Below are positions 63,583 through 64,000 of a stretch of 64,000 nucleotides of DNA, piece after piece. The notes beneath the pieces were generated by a model. The model did not search any database. It had not been told where the DNA came from and saw only the letters and a list, made by a program, of their open reading frames with translations. The position numbers and the translations under genes were made by a program. Position 1 is the first letter of the stretch, and each line of letters begins with the position of its first letter. The DNA is taken from contig CBFGTS010000001.1 in the NCBI GenBank assembly GCA_965652295.1, positions 544,001 to 608,000 on the forward strand, given 5' to 3'. This stretch comes from an uncultured Haloferula sp. GTDB taxonomy: Bacteria; Verrucomicrobiota; Verrucomicrobiia; Verrucomicrobiales; Akkermansiaceae.

Positions 63583-64000
63583 TTAGTTGGGAATCGATGA
63601 CAAGCGGACGAAAAGTTGTACGGGCACCTCACCGCTCGAATCATATTGGAGCTCGAAGGGTGTTTCGGTCGCCGGCCAGTCGGCGGCGCGGATGAGGCCG
63701 TAGTCGGTCCATTCGGTGAGGCTTTCGGAGATGTGGATCCGGTAGTTGCGGCCGGGGATGGAATCGAAGTTGCCGAGCACCACGCCGTTGGCGGAATCCG
63801 GCTGCCATTCGACGACGCGGAGCCGGCTGGTGGAATCAAGCGGGTGGGTTCCGAGCTGGCGCTCTTCGTCATCGGTGAAGCCGTCGCCATCGCTGTCGAG
63901 CGTGGCGGACAACAGGCTGACATCGGCGGCGTAGGCGAGTTCCCAGGTGTCGGGGAGGCCGTCGTCGTCCATGTCGGATTCGCTGACGGTCGGGGTGATG
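63583..64000 (-). CDS. 3' end of a secreted protein with DxDxDG motifs and C-terminal LFVRL domain (partial)
   Basis: DDDGLPDTWE, DSDGDG...GTHP and SESLTEW...QLFVRL; frame open to the window edge. Confidence 0.75.
   Translation of the reverse strand, partial: ITPTVSESDMDDDGLPDTWELAYAADVSLLSATLDSDGDGFTDDEERQLGTHPLDSTSRLRVVEWQPDSANGVVLGNFDSIPGRNYRIHISESLTEWTDYGLIRAADWPATETPFELQYDSSGEVPVQLFVRLSSIPN

Noticed and set aside
63558..63923. N-terminal extension of the halogenase in the ORF track
   Set aside because: It overlaps the upstream secreted-protein gene in another frame; the FAD-binding motif starts right after ATG 63557.

Overview
High-GC bacterial DNA, most likely Verrucomicrobiota (Luteolibacter/Haloferula-like), judged from the PEP-CTERM proteins, DUF1501/DUF1549-1553 module and ECF-kinase pairs. 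From left to right: (1) an Sfp-type PPTase divergent from a 3575-aa hybrid synthase (FkbH-ACP-KS-AT-ACP-ACP-aminotransferase-C-A-PCP-TE), followed on the same strand by polysaccharide export genes (outer-membrane barrel, short OPX, Wzc with a degenerate Walker A, priming sugar-phosphotransferase, flippase) but no elongating glycosyltransferase or polymerase; (2) a DUF1501/PPC/DUF1549-1553 module and a sulfatase; (3) a 3.4-kb integrase-less insert bounded by a 77-bp duplication of the sulfatase 3' end; (4) two parallel ECF sigma + Ser/Thr kinase cassettes, each preceding secreted proteins that share a cassette-specific ~200-aa domain, found once alone as a PEP-CTERM protein and also fused into larger proteins, with conserved TGTCGG...CGT promoter-like motifs; (5) an orphan ABC ATPase; (6) a Type I restriction-modification locus with four candidate defence genes between hsdS and hsdR; (7) a flavin-dependent halogenase and the 3' end of a secreted protein. 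No rRNA, tRNA, CRISPR array, transposase or integrase was recognised. All calls come from reading motifs by eye; no database searches were run.
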